From Promethearchaeota archaeon (GTDB lineage Archaea; Asgardarchaeota; Lokiarchaeia; Sigyniarchaeales; SOKP01), in NCBI GenBank assembly GCA_008080735.1, contig SHMW01000039.1, forward strand, positions 1 through 37,609: DNA of 37,609 bases. Reading direction: 5' to 3'. Under the pieces are notes generated by a model, which did no database searches, was not told the DNA's origin, and was given only the letters and a program-made list of their open reading frames with translations. This document shows positions 1-9,943 of this stretch, in pieces; position 1 is the first letter of the stretch, and each line of letters begins with the position of its first letter. The translations under genes were made by a program, and so were the position numbers.

Positions 1-96
1 GATAGATTATTCGAAAAATTCGTGATTTGTAATATTAAAATATAAATATTTATATAAATATATATAGTTATAGAAAAATAAAATTTATTATTGAAT

Positions 97-351
97 ATGA
101 CTTCCAAACTAATCTCAGTAAGAGAAGAGATATATAGAAAGCTGAAAAAGCTCAAACAGCATGATGAGAGTTTTTCTGATTTACTTGAGAGACTAATTAA
201 AACAGAAGAAAAGGAACCATTAAAATATTTTGGAATTGCTAAGCACATCCCAGAGGAACTAAAGAAGGAATTTGAAGATGTTATTCTAAGAGCTAAGAAG
301 GAATTTGCAGAGAATACTTCACGCAGATTCAAGGAACTTTGGGGGGAATAA
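97..351 (+). CDS. vapB: VapB-type antitoxin (archaeal DUF217/VAPB_antitox family)
   Basis: MTSKLISVREEIYRKLKKLK..ESFSDLLERL pattern typical of archaeal VapB antitoxins; directly upstream of a PIN gene. ATG at 97 preferred over TTG at 91. Confidence 0.85.
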   Translation: MTSKLISVREEIYRKLKKLKQHDESFSDLLERLIKTEEKEPLKYFGIAKHIPEELKKEFEDVILRAKKEFAENTSRRFKELWGE

Positions 352-352
352 A

Positions 353-766
353 ATGATGGTAGTTGACACAACTGTAATTATTGATATATGGCGTGGACGA
401 AATAATGTTAGGAAGTGCTTAGAACAATATTCTGATAATTTGTTCGCCATATCATCAATCACAATTGAAGAAATTTATGATGGACTCGGATATACAAAAA
501 AAGAAAAAGGAGAGAAACTCTATGAGGAAATTAGGGATCAATTTATAAAAATATTACATAATTTTCAGATCATCCCCTTATCTACAGAGATTTTAAAACA
601 AACAGGATTGATTCGGGGAGAACTTAGACGAAACGGTGAGATGCTGGATCTTGCTGATATCATCATAATGGTTACAGCTCAAGAAACTCACGCATCTAAA
701 ATCATCACGAGGAATCCAAAGCATTTCAAGAAGTCTCCAATTCCCATTGAATCCTATAATGTATAG
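353..766 (+). CDS. vapC: VapC PIN-domain ribonuclease toxin
   Basis: VVDTTVIID, SITIEE, DLADIII and TRNPKHF PIN motifs; ATG at 353 lies 1 nt after the antitoxin stop (ORF-track start at 305 is too long). Confidence 0.88.
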   Translation: MMVVDTTVIIDIWRGRNNVRKCLEQYSDNLFAISSITIEEIYDGLGYTKKEKGEKLYEEIRDQFIKILHNFQIIPLSTEILKQTGLIRGELRRNGEMLDLADIIIMVTAQETHASKIITRNPKHFKKSPIPIESYNV

Positions 767-852
767 AATTTGATTCATTGACACTCGAGGGAGCATCAAG
801 TGAAAAATTTCACTATTTGATGAGAAAAGAAGTTAAACTCGAAGAAAATCAA

Positions 853-1242
853 TCAGCCTGAATTTTGGTTTACAGTTTTTAAATTTTTTGCCCATATTGC
901 TATTCTTTCAAAAATATCCTCCAACCCTTTACTCTTTTTTGTTAATGAATATTCAACTCGTATTGGAATTTCATTAAAGACTTCTCGGCGAATTAATCCA
1001 AGAGCTTCTAATTCTCTTAATCTAGAAGTTATAGTTTTTGGGCTTCCTCCTAATTTTTCTTCAATTTCGTTAAATCGAAGTTTATCATGTATAAGTAATG
1101 CCCTAATGATCGGCATTACGTATTTTTTTCCAAAAAGAGATAACACTTGTTTTACATAACATTCCTCCATACAATTGCTAACATCTTCATGCTTTGAACA
1201 GTGCCATTCTAAAAAATTATCTTTATTTTCTTCATTATCCAT
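853..1242 (-). CDS. HxlR-family winged-helix transcriptional regulator
   Basis: LRFNEIEEKLGGSPKTITSRLRELEALGLIRREVFNEIPIRVEYSLT is the HxlR signature; N-terminal Cys residues as in redox-sensing members. Confidence 0.9.
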   Translation of the reverse strand: MDNEENKDNFLEWHCSKHEDVSNCMEECYVKQVLSLFGKKYVMPIIRALLIHDKLRFNEIEEKLGGSPKTITSRLRELEALGLIRREVFNEIPIRVEYSLTKKSKGLEDIFERIAIWAKNLKTVNQNSG

Positions 1243-1264
1243 TTTTACTACCTTTTCTTTCTAT

Positions 1265-1333
1265 ACTTTATTTTTGGGAAGTTGCTTCAATACTTCATAC
1301 TTGGAAGTTTAAATACTTTAAAAAATTAAGTAT
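1265..1333. promoter_or_regulatory. Putative HxlR operators (ACTT-N9-AAGT inverted repeats) in the divergent promoter
   Basis: ACTTC-N7-GAAGT at 1292-1308, ATACTT-N9-AAGTAT at 1313-1333 and a weaker ACTT-N10-AAGT at 1265-1282, between the regulator and the divergent operon. Confidence 0.55.
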
Positions 1334-1370
1334 AATAATATTATACAAAATATAAATTTATAGTGATATT

Positions 1371-1514
1371 ATGAGTAAAGAAAAAAGAATTGAACATTTA
1401 GAAGAATGTGAGTGCGATAAACCTGAAATCCGTGCTACTTTCAAGCAAGGCTGTTCAAAAGAACAGATTATAAAATGTCATGGGAAAAAATATCTTGAAA
1501 GTTTAGAAGGATAA
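1371..1514 (+). CDS. Small Cys/His-rich protein (47 aa), absent from the ORF track
   Basis: Hand translation: MSKEKRIEHLEECECDKPEIRATFKQGCSKEQIIKCHGKKYLESLEG*; GTGA SD-like motif upstream; fills the gap before the cupin gene. Confidence 0.7.
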   Translation: MSKEKRIEHLEECECDKPEIRATFKQGCSKEQIIKCHGKKYLESLEG

Positions 1515-1535
1515 TCTTATTCCAATATCAGGTAT

Positions 1536-1853
1536 GTGAAAAAAATGAAAAAATTTGAAAATCTGATTGATAGTGAGGGCTCAGTAGAGGGAAAAATAAA
1601 TAAAATAGATATTATTAAAGAAAGAAATATCAAAATAGCTATAATAAAAATAGCAAAAGATCAAGAAATAGTTCCTCATCCTGAAAACTATGCAGTATTT
1701 TTTTTTATTATCCAAGGATCGGCTATTTTTACGACAGGAAATGGTACATATAAAATTATAAAAAATAAAGCAATTTATTACGATCCTAATGAAATAAGAG
1801 GTATAAAACCTCTTGAAGATTCAATACTTTTAGGAATTCAAATCTTTGATTAA
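1536..1853 (+). CDS. Cupin-fold protein
   Basis: IVPHPENYAVFFFIIQGSAIFT..YYDPNEIRGI beta-barrel pattern; metal ligands incomplete. Confidence 0.7.
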   Translation: MKKMKKFENLIDSEGSVEGKINKIDIIKERNIKIAIIKIAKDQEIVPHPENYAVFFFIIQGSAIFTTGNGTYKIIKNKAIYYDPNEIRGIKPLEDSILLGIQIFD

Positions 1854-1888
1854 TGATAAATAAATTTAAAACCATTTAATATTAGTAA

Positions 1889-2851
1889 TTGATGATGAGT
1901 AAAGCACAAAGTGCAATTAAAGCCTCAAATCTATTTAAGAGATTTGGAGATCTAATTGCAGTTAATAATATATCGTTTGAAATTTTTGAAGGTGAGATTG
2001 TTGGAATTTTAGGACCAAATGGCGCAGGAAAAACGACTACAATCCGTATAATTACAGGTCTTTTTGAATCGGAAGATAATACAGACATTTCCATTTTTAA
2101 TCAAAATCTACGAAAAAACCTTGAGTTATGTAAATCTAAGTTTGGTATTGTTCCCGAAATAAGTAATGCTTTTCGAGATTTTACTGTGTGGGAGAATTTA
2201 TTATTTACAGGAAGAATTTATGGTCTCTCAAAGCAAGAAGTTGAATCCCGTGCTAACCTTTTATTACATCAATACGATCTTTATGATAGGATAAAAACTA
2301 AAACAAAAACCCTCTCAAAAGGCTTACAGCAAAGGTTAAATTTTTGTTTAGCTCTATTACACGACCCGCCCATATTAATTCTTGATGAGCCAACAAGCGG
2401 ATTAGATCCAATTTCCGTCTCCATTATGAGAAAAAGAATTCTACAGATGAAAGAAGAGGGAAAAACAATATTAATTACCACACATGATATGCAAGAGGCT
2501 CAAAATCTCTGCGATAGAGTTTTAATTATGAACAAAGGAAAAATTATTACAGATGCGGACCCAGATACACTTAGGAGAAATTTCAAACAAAAATCTACTA
2601 TTCGCTTTCAACTCGTCAATAATATCTCATCGCCCCAATTGAAAACATTAAAGGAAGAGTTCGGAATTAAACAAGAAAAGAGTGGGTATTATAGTTTTTT
2701 AAGTGATAATCCGATTCAGGACATCTCTTCATTATCTCATATTATATCACATTCTGATATAGACATTGAAAATCTTACAATTAAAGAAGTCTCTCTGGAA
2801 GATGTTTTTATTGATTTAATTAACAAAACTAAACAAGAGGAAGTAAAATGA
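1889..2851 (+). CDS. ABC-2 type exporter ATP-binding subunit
   Basis: Walker A GPNGAGKTT, signature LSKGLQQR, Walker B LILDEPTSGLD, H-loop TTHDM. Confidence 0.95.
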   Translation: MMMSKAQSAIKASNLFKRFGDLIAVNNISFEIFEGEIVGILGPNGAGKTTTIRIITGLFESEDNTDISIFNQNLRKNLELCKSKFGIVPEISNAFRDFTVWENLLFTGRIYGLSKQEVESRANLLLHQYDLYDRIKTKTKTLSKGLQQRLNFCLALLHDPPILILDEPTSGLDPISVSIMRKRILQMKEEGKTILITTHDMQEAQNLCDRVLIMNKGKIITDADPDTLRRNFKQKSTIRFQLVNNISSPQLKTLKEEFGIKQEKSGYYSFLSDNPIQDISSLSHIISHSDIDIENLTIKEVSLEDVFIDLINKTKQEEVK

Positions 2852-3639
2852 TTAATGAAAAATTAGTAATCGTGTGGGTATTGTGCAAAAAGAATATCTC
2901 TCTCTATATTAAAAGAGGACCAGTATTAATATTTGGCCTTATGTTTCCTTTCTTTATAACACTTTCATGGGTAATTGGCAGAGATCTCTCGACTATTCAA
3001 ATATTTATCGGAATTGTTGCTATGACTGCTTTTTTTACATCAACAGCGATAAGTCCTGTTGTGTTACCTCAAGAAACACGAGAAAAATCCTTAGAGAGAC
3101 AATTGTATTATCCTATTTCGATTTATCAAGTTCTTTTAGGGATATTAATTGCCTCGTTCTTATATTCCTTAGTCATAACTATTATTATTACAACATGCTT
3201 CATCTTTATTCTTTCAATCTCTTTCCTCTCAATAGTTCAGATTGTTATTATGGTTATTGGAATTGTGTCTATAACTTTATTTGGGTCATTATTAGGTTTA
3301 CTCCTTTCTGGTATTCCTAGTGATATGACATCTGATATTATGGTAGTGAGTAATCTCATCAAATTTCCTTTAGTTTTCATCAGTGGTATTTTTGTTCCAC
3401 TTAGTTTGGCTCCTTTCAGCCTCCTGGTCTTATCTCTATTCTCACCCTTAACATATTTCACAGATTTAATGAGATTTTGTACCGCCAATAATCCGTTTTT
3501 TAATCTTGAGTTGGATATATTCATATTAGTATTATGGATAATTATTCTATTAATAGCTAATGTGGTTTTTCATAGAAGAACGATGCCTAAACGATTTTCA
3601 GAAGGAAATGGAACTCAAAAAAAATCTAAGAAAAAATGA
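2848..3639 (+). CDS. ABC-2 type exporter permease
   Basis: About six hydrophobic segments, FISGIFVP and SPLTYFTDLMR motifs; 4-nt overlap with the ATPase gene. Confidence 0.9.
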   Translation: MINEKLVIVWVLCKKNISLYIKRGPVLIFGLMFPFFITLSWVIGRDLSTIQIFIGIVAMTAFFTSTAISPVVLPQETREKSLERQLYYPISIYQVLLGILIASFLYSLVITIIITTCFIFILSISFLSIVQIVIMVIGIVSITLFGSLLGLLLSGIPSDMTSDIMVVSNLIKFPLVFISGIFVPLSLAPFSLLVLSLFSPLTYFTDLMRFCTANNPFFNLELDIFILVLWIIILLIANVVFHRRTMPKRFSEGNGTQKKSKKK

Positions 3640-3808
3640 AAAAATAAATCGTCATTTGAATTAGATGAGTATAATAAACTGCGCTCCAATCAAAAAGAAA
3701 AAAAATTATTCTTATATCGATAAGAATAATTTATCCCAATAGAATAAGCGATTAATTGCTTTAATTAAAGAAAAAGGTTAAAATAATATTTATAGGTAAT
3801 TTAATTCA

Positions 3809-5317
3809 TTAGGTCAGAGATTCTCTCTTAGGATATCTGGCTTGCGCTTTTAAATTCTCTTGTAAGAGCTTATAAACCAAATCTTTCCGGATTTCCTTCT
3901 CAGTATCCCATAAATTATTCAATTCATGGGGATCTGCTCGCATATCGTAAAGATCTCCCTTATCAAACCCTTCATACACCGTCAATTTATATTTTTCGGT
4001 GATTAAATGCCTTATTCTTATTTGGATATTCGTAACCTCCTCATCTTCCTCAATCAAACAGTAGTCTCGAATTTTTTTATTTGGATCCTGTAAAATTTCG
4101 GAGGCATTATATCCTTGCATATCCGGAGGGTGATGGCGTTCCTTAATATTTAGAAGATTAAGCATTGTGATTGGTATATCGATTGAACTAATTAATGAAT
4201 CGGTTTGAGCTTTTTGTGTGAGACCTGGAACTTTCCAAATTAATGGAACTTTTAATATACCCTTATATGGTGAGGGACCTTTCAATAATAGCCCATGGTC
4301 CCCAGCTAAATCACCATGATCACTTGTATAAATAATCATTGTATTGTCATCTAAGCCTAGTTTACTCAGTGTTGCTAATATTTCTCCTACGCTATGATCG
4401 ATCATCGAAATGGACCCATAAGTCAAAGCAAGAAAGCGTTTCACTTCTTCCTCAGAAGATTCTCTTAATAATGCCCCTCTAAATATCGGATCTTTTAGAT
4501 ATTTTCCAAGAAATTCATGAACATACAAATTTTCTTTATCATCAAAACTCGGTGGTAACTCAATTTCAGCTTGATCATACATATCATAATATTTCCCTGG
4601 AGGACATACGGGATGATGGGGATCGGGAAAAGAGCAATGAAGGAAAAAGGGTTTATCTCCAAATATACCTTTCTTGTAGTTTTCAAAGAAATCGATCGTC
4701 CGTTCTTTTACATAGTTAGTCGGATACAATTCCTCCGGTAATGAGGTCTCATACATTAGATTCTCGAAAAAGCATGTAAATCGTTTTTTAATTTCTATCA
4801 CATGCTCAGGGGAGCGTTCTTCTAACCAGTCAAGATAATGACCTGCTACTAGATCTCCATGTCCTAAGGTGAGTTCTACATCCTCAAATCCATAATACGG
4901 CTTTTCAAATCGCTTTTTCTTTTTTTCCACCGTTGCTGGTCTAATCCACTCGGAGATCATTTCTGCAGATTCGGAGGATCGTTTATAGGGAGGAAAATTA
5001 AATTGATAATGGGTTTTTCCTATAGATTTTGTATACCATCCTCTTTCTCGTAAAGTTTCTGCGATTGTAGGTACATTTTCGGGAAGATTTATGCCGTTGC
5101 TTCTTACTCCATGTGCATTGGGGTATAATCCAGTTAATAGAGTAGCCCTGTTGGGCATACACATCGGGTTCGTACAATAGGCATTGGTGAAGCGCACCCC
5201 TTCCTCGGCAATCCTATCTATATTTGGTGTTTGTAATCTTGCATTCCCATAACATCCTAAATGATCCGCTCTCTGTTGATCGGTAATCATAAAAAGTACA
5301 TTCATTTTTTTACTCAT
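3809..5317 (-). CDS. Cys-type (formylglycine-dependent) sulfatase-family hydrolase
   Basis: NVLFMITDQQRADH, CMPNRATLLTG (CxPxR), GKTH, DPHHP and TSDHGD motifs; no signal peptide. Confidence 0.93.
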   Translation of the reverse strand: MSKKMNVLFMITDQQRADHLGCYGNARLQTPNIDRIAEEGVRFTNAYCTNPMCMPNRATLLTGLYPNAHGVRSNGINLPENVPTIAETLRERGWYTKSIGKTHYQFNFPPYKRSSESAEMISEWIRPATVEKKKKRFEKPYYGFEDVELTLGHGDLVAGHYLDWLEERSPEHVIEIKKRFTCFFENLMYETSLPEELYPTNYVKERTIDFFENYKKGIFGDKPFFLHCSFPDPHHPVCPPGKYYDMYDQAEIELPPSFDDKENLYVHEFLGKYLKDPIFRGALLRESSEEEVKRFLALTYGSISMIDHSVGEILATLSKLGLDDNTMIIYTSDHGDLAGDHGLLLKGPSPYKGILKVPLIWKVPGLTQKAQTDSLISSIDIPITMLNLLNIKERHHPPDMQGYNASEILQDPNKKIRDYCLIEEDEEVTNIQIRIRHLITEKYKLTVYEGFDKGDLYDMRADPHELNNLWDTEKEIRKDLVYKLLQENLKAQARYPKRESLT

Positions 5318-5329
5318 TTTGATCCACCA

Positions 5330-6628
5330 TTATGTTTTTAGTCTTGAGATATCTCTCATATCCACTTTTTTCGTTTCTTTAAGGTATTTATATATGAGCG
5401 GAACGATTATTATTCCAAAGAGACCTAATATAACAAACGAAATACTCAAGTTGGAAATATAAGTCATAAGCGCTGTGGAAAGAAATCCAATAGTTATTCC
5501 GAATGCCCCGAAAAATGACTTCAATCCACTTCCGGTACCCCGAGACTCGGTGGGTACTAATTCCATAACAACAATGCTCAGAGTAATCCAACCCCCCCAA
5601 TACCCAAATTCAGACATCCCTACGAATAAAGAAGTAAGGGGAAATGTTAATATTGGTTGGAATGCAACGATCGCAAACATTATTCGGGCGATGGGGATTA
5701 AAATTGAAAAGATGTAAAGCAAGGGAATTCTGCCAAATTTATCTGCAAGTACTCCGATTAGAATAACCGCCAAGTAGACCGCAATCACACCTATAAGCAT
5801 TAATAGGCTTATTTCTTGTTGATTTAAGTAGGAGCTAGAGGAAACGGCTTCTTCTACTAAATTCCGAAAAACCGAATTCATACCTAAAATCACGCTTATA
5901 ACTAAACAGACTATTATTTCTGTGCGATTTTCAGATTTAAAAAGTCCTGACACATTTTCTTTCAGACTGATTATTCTCTGTTTTGAGTCTAAATCGTCTT
6001 TCATATCGGTATATATTTTGGGGTCTTTCAGAGTAAACACGATTAGCAATCCTAAAGGAACTCCAAAAATAATCACTAACCATGTAATTCCCCGCCAATT
6101 AGAAGTGGTCTCGGTGATAAATCTAGACCGTACGATAGGAGCAAGAATCGCTCCAATTAGACCAAAAATTAGAATAATATTAGTCCAGAAGGCTCTTTTC
6201 TCTCGAGGTGATTCTTCGCCTATATATATCATCCATACATCCGAGCGAGTGAAAAACCATAAAAAGAGGAGATATATCGTGAAATCTATAATACTCACGG
6301 AGAAGTTTATTAATAGTGCGACTAAAACCATTCCAAAAACCGTGATAGCTAACATCGTTTTTCTTCCTATTTTATCAGAAAGATAGGTATTAAATGCACA
6401 AAAATACATACCCACCGAAGCCAAAGCTGTCACAAACGCAAAGATAGAAGCACCGATATTTTCTGGAAATCCATACAGAAATTCGTCAATAATGCTTGAA
6501 GGCACTAAGGTTGGAAATGAAGTGCTGTAGGAATCTATTACTTGAACGAAAATTAGAACAAATATCGAATAGAGGAAATATTTCCGATTTGAAGAAGGTG
6601 ACTCATCAACTACCATTTTTTGATTCAT
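5330..6628 (-). CDS. MFS transporter
   Basis: About 12 TM segments; motif A in both halves (LSDKIGRK, LADKFGRI); EESPREKRA and ELVPTESRGTG sugar-porter-like loops. Confidence 0.92.
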   Translation of the reverse strand: MNQKMVVDESPSSNRKYFLYSIFVLIFVQVIDSYSTSFPTLVPSSIIDEFLYGFPENIGASIFAFVTALASVGMYFCAFNTYLSDKIGRKTMLAITVFGMVLVALLINFSVSIIDFTIYLLFLWFFTRSDVWMIYIGEESPREKRAFWTNIILIFGLIGAILAPIVRSRFITETTSNWRGITWLVIIFGVPLGLLIVFTLKDPKIYTDMKDDLDSKQRIISLKENVSGLFKSENRTEIIVCLVISVILGMNSVFRNLVEEAVSSSSYLNQQEISLLMLIGVIAVYLAVILIGVLADKFGRIPLLYIFSILIPIARIMFAIVAFQPILTFPLTSLFVGMSEFGYWGGWITLSIVVMELVPTESRGTGSGLKSFFGAFGITIGFLSTALMTYISNLSISFVILGLFGIIIVPLIYKYLKETKKVDMRDISRLKT

Positions 6629-6677
6629 ATGTAATCACTCCTTATATTATTTTATTAATTTTTTATATTGTGAAAAA

Positions 6678-7526
6678 TTATGAATTTGCTTTCCTCTCTG
6701 CTTCTCTCTCTTGTTTTTTCACCTTTCTCTTTAGAAAATTCCACGCTGGTGGTCCAAATCCTTTAGGAATACTTCCTATGAAAAATCGTGATGGTTGTCG
6801 CATATTGAATTGCTCCCCTGATTTGAAAAGATTATCATTTACATAGGAGATTAGTTTGCTGGGCATTCCTATTGCCATTTCTTCTTCCTTAGTTAGAGCA
6901 AGAGTTCTATCACCAGTCCCAGGGAGAACTACTTCTGGTTTTTCAGTGAGAAAGGGTATCAGCACACCCTTTAGACAAGACTCTCCAAATCCTATGAATG
7001 AAGAATTTACCAAATATTTTCCCTCATAACTTAATGCTTGAACTATATGAGTCATCTGACTGGGATCTCCATAAATAAGAATGACATCAGGTTGAATAAT
7101 GGTTCTTGGTAGGGGAGACGAGATAAATCCTACATGATCTTTAATCTTGGAATAATTTTCTTTATTTGATAATGCGGCATACTGAGATTGTACAGATAGT
7201 TCTGCCTTCGCATCTTTATGATATCCAGAAATTATTTGAGATTTAATAATATCTTTAGGGGATACTTTTTTCCACTGATGGACTAATGAACTTGTTATAC
7301 ATGCATTATCCTCGTACGTCATCGCAACGTGAGCACCCCAACGTCGTGCCATGGTAAAGGATTGACATAATGTAATATTCTGACCTATTTTGGACGGTCT
7401 CTGTGCCTTTTCGGGGATTTCAACATAATCTTTGATGAATTTTATAGCAATGGGATAAGTTAATAATCTGAGCTTTTCATAGACTTTTTGTCCAATATTT
7501 CTAAACTCGTCAATAATTTTCGACAT
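6678..7526 (-). CDS. DUF169 (COG2043) family protein
   Basis: YPIAIKF, TLCQSFTMARRWG, DNAC, PDVILIYGDPSQM, GESC and PGTGDR motifs. Confidence 0.8.
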   Translation of the reverse strand: MSKIIDEFRNIGQKVYEKLRLLTYPIAIKFIKDYVEIPEKAQRPSKIGQNITLCQSFTMARRWGAHVAMTYEDNACITSSLVHQWKKVSPKDIIKSQIISGYHKDAKAELSVQSQYAALSNKENYSKIKDHVGFISSPLPRTIIQPDVILIYGDPSQMTHIVQALSYEGKYLVNSSFIGFGESCLKGVLIPFLTEKPEVVLPGTGDRTLALTKEEEMAIGMPSKLISYVNDNLFKSGEQFNMRQPSRFFIGSIPKGFGPPAWNFLKRKVKKQEREAERKANS

Positions 7527-7785
7527 TATTTACCCTTTTTTCTATTTTAATTATAAATTATTTCGAAGAAATTAGTTTATAAACCATTTGATGATATTTT
7601 TCAATTATATTTATATTTCTAATCTTTCACAATAAACAAAAAATTTTATAAAACTATATTTCATCTTATTATTTATAAATGTTTTCACTTTTGATTCTCA
7701 CTAATGTAAAGATATATATATAAAAAAAAATCCATAACATATTGTAGAAATAATTATGTAATAAACCGAAATAGTTCCGATTAAA

Positions 7786-8898
7786 ATGAATGATTTAAAA
7801 AAAAATAATGCCTATGATCAAATCTTAGAAAATATGAGAGAATATCCCCAAAATATTCCCATAATTGATGATAAAGTCTCAGATGCATTTAAAGCATATA
7901 TCGAATTATTATTTACTCCAGAAGAAGCAGAGATTGCACAATATCTCAAAGTGAAACCTCAATCTATAAGGATATTAGCTAAAAAATTAGGAAAAGAAAA
8001 AGAAGATGTTGAGAAAATTTTAGAGGATATGACAGAGAAGGGAATAATTCAAGATATTGGAGGATATTCCTATTTTCTTACCATGGCGCATCTTCTCAAT
8101 GTAGGTTATAAATATTCCAAGGCATTGGAGCGATTAGGAGAGAAAGGTGCAGAATTGTATGAAAAATTTTTCATCCATGATAAATTTTATAAACGCTATG
8201 AATCTTCTGATGCTGGCACTTCCCTAATGCGAGTAGTTCCAGTAGAACACTCCATAAAATATGAGACAGAAATATTGAACGTTGAAGAAGTCCATAAAAT
8301 CTTAGAGCAATGTCAAAAACCAATCGTTATTACCGATTGCCCTTGTAGGAAAAGAACAGAAATCTTGGGAAAGAGAGAATGTAAGGGTAAATTTCCAATT
8401 GAGAATTCTTGCTTTCAACTAGGATTTTTTGGTTCTTATTTTCTCAGACGCGGAGAAGGTAAAGAATTATCTATTGAGGAAGCAAAAGAATTGGTTGATA
8501 AATTTTCTGAATTGGGATTGATTTTTACCACAGAGAACCATGAAAATGTGAATCATCAAGTTTTGTGTTGTTGCTGTGAGTGTTGTTGCAGTCTTCTCAG
8601 AGGTATGACCCGATTTGAAGATAAAAACGAAAATTGCGTAGCAAAATCTAATTATGTTTCTAAAGTAGAGAAAGATCTCTGTAAAGGATGTGGGATATGT
8701 GTAGAACGATGTGTTTTCAACGCAATAACGCTAAATGATAAAAAGGCGTCCGTCAATCCAGAAAAATGCTATGGGTGCGGTTTATGTGCAGTTACATGTC
8801 CTACAGAAGCCATAAGACTTCATAGAGAAGAGAGAAATAAGCTTTTTAAAAATCCCGCAATCCTCCAAAATACCATTTATAAAGAGAATAGAGAATAG
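7786..8898 (+). CDS. Cys-rich 4Fe-4S protein with N-terminal HTH-like region and C-terminal 2x[4Fe-4S] ferredoxin domain
   Basis: LFTPEEAEIA, DCPCR, VLCCCCECCCS, CKGCGICVERC and CYGCGLCAVTCP. Confidence 0.8.
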   Translation: MNDLKKNNAYDQILENMREYPQNIPIIDDKVSDAFKAYIELLFTPEEAEIAQYLKVKPQSIRILAKKLGKEKEDVEKILEDMTEKGIIQDIGGYSYFLTMAHLLNVGYKYSKALERLGEKGAELYEKFFIHDKFYKRYESSDAGTSLMRVVPVEHSIKYETEILNVEEVHKILEQCQKPIVITDCPCRKRTEILGKRECKGKFPIENSCFQLGFFGSYFLRRGEGKELSIEEAKELVDKFSELGLIFTTENHENVNHQVLCCCCECCCSLLRGMTRFEDKNENCVAKSNYVSKVEKDLCKGCGICVERCVFNAITLNDKKASVNPEKCYGCGLCAVTCPTEAIRLHREERNKLFKNPAILQNTIYKENRE

Positions 8899-9018
8899 AT
8901 TATTGCTATTACAGATTCATTTAATATTCCAAAGTATGAATGAAAAAATATTAATTACTCTCAACACAATAAGTAAAGAAATAGACTGAATAAAAATAAC
9001 CAATTTGTACATAAGAAA

Positions 9019-9882
9019 ATGTCAGATATAGATATTGAACCAACCTATATAGGAAAAAATGAAGATCTGAAATTTATTGTCCCGAAAGAGCTTTTTAGTA
9101 TGGGAACTGGACCAGCGGAAACAATCGATCGTGATTTAGCGAAAAAATTTAGTAAATACATTAGAGGAACATTTAAGGGATTCCAAGATGCTCGGAAAAC
9201 GAAATATGGGAATGAAAAAAACTCAAAAACCAAAACAACTCCAGAATTTTGGAGGGAGTTTGAACAAAAAGCAAGAAATATGGATGTAGACTTTATTGGA
9301 TATACTCCCGTGGATGAGAGTTTTATTTTTTATGATTTAAAAGTATATGGTAAGAACGCAATAGTATTAGGAATGGAGATGAAATGGGATAAGATCAAGA
9401 CAGCGCCGAGCGCTATATGCGAGATTGAGGTTTTCCGCGTTTATAAAGTTCTCGGCGATGTGACAATTGAATTAACTGAGTATTTGAAAGATAGAGGATT
9501 TAAAAGCGAAGCACATCATCCTTTTGGGGGAAAACTTTTATACGGCCCTCATGCTGTAGCAGCGGGACTTGGAATATTAGGACAAAATGGATTAATTATT
9601 ACATCAGAGTATGGACCACGGCAACGATGGAGTATCATAACAACAGATGCGGAAATACCCGAAACAAAATCAAGGGATTTAGATACTTTAAAAGAGTTTT
9701 GTAGAGGATGTGGGGCGTGTGTAAGAGAATGCAAGGGAGAAGCAACTTTTAAGGAACCACTTAGATATGAAAATTCTCCACATATTACTCATATTGATAG
9801 GTCCAAATGTATCCGTAGCATACTAGATAATACCTATTGTTCTTATTGTTTAAAAATCTGTCCGCAAGGAAAGAAAACTTAA
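9019..9882 (+). CDS. QueG/reductive-dehalogenase-like double [4Fe-4S] (probably cobamide) protein
   Basis: AVAAGLGILGQNGLIITSEYGPRQRWSIITTD, FCRGCGACVREC and CSYCLKICP; no TAT leader. Confidence 0.8.
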   Translation: MSDIDIEPTYIGKNEDLKFIVPKELFSMGTGPAETIDRDLAKKFSKYIRGTFKGFQDARKTKYGNEKNSKTKTTPEFWREFEQKARNMDVDFIGYTPVDESFIFYDLKVYGKNAIVLGMEMKWDKIKTAPSAICEIEVFRVYKVLGDVTIELTEYLKDRGFKSEAHHPFGGKLLYGPHAVAAGLGILGQNGLIITSEYGPRQRWSIITTDAEIPETKSRDLDTLKEFCRGCGACVRECKGEATFKEPLRYENSPHITHIDRSKCIRSILDNTYCSYCLKICPQGKKT

Positions 9883-9943
9883 AATTAATGAGTAGAAAAT
9901 TATCAAATTAAAAAATAATCATATTAAGTGAGGTTAAATATAA

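Noticed and set aside
305-352. N-terminal extension of the VapC ORF
   Set aside because: Overlaps vapB; the PIN domain begins at ATG 353.
97-766. VapBC as a marker of a prophage or defence island
   Set aside because: No integrase, phage or other defence genes in the window; solitary VapBC pairs are common in archaea.
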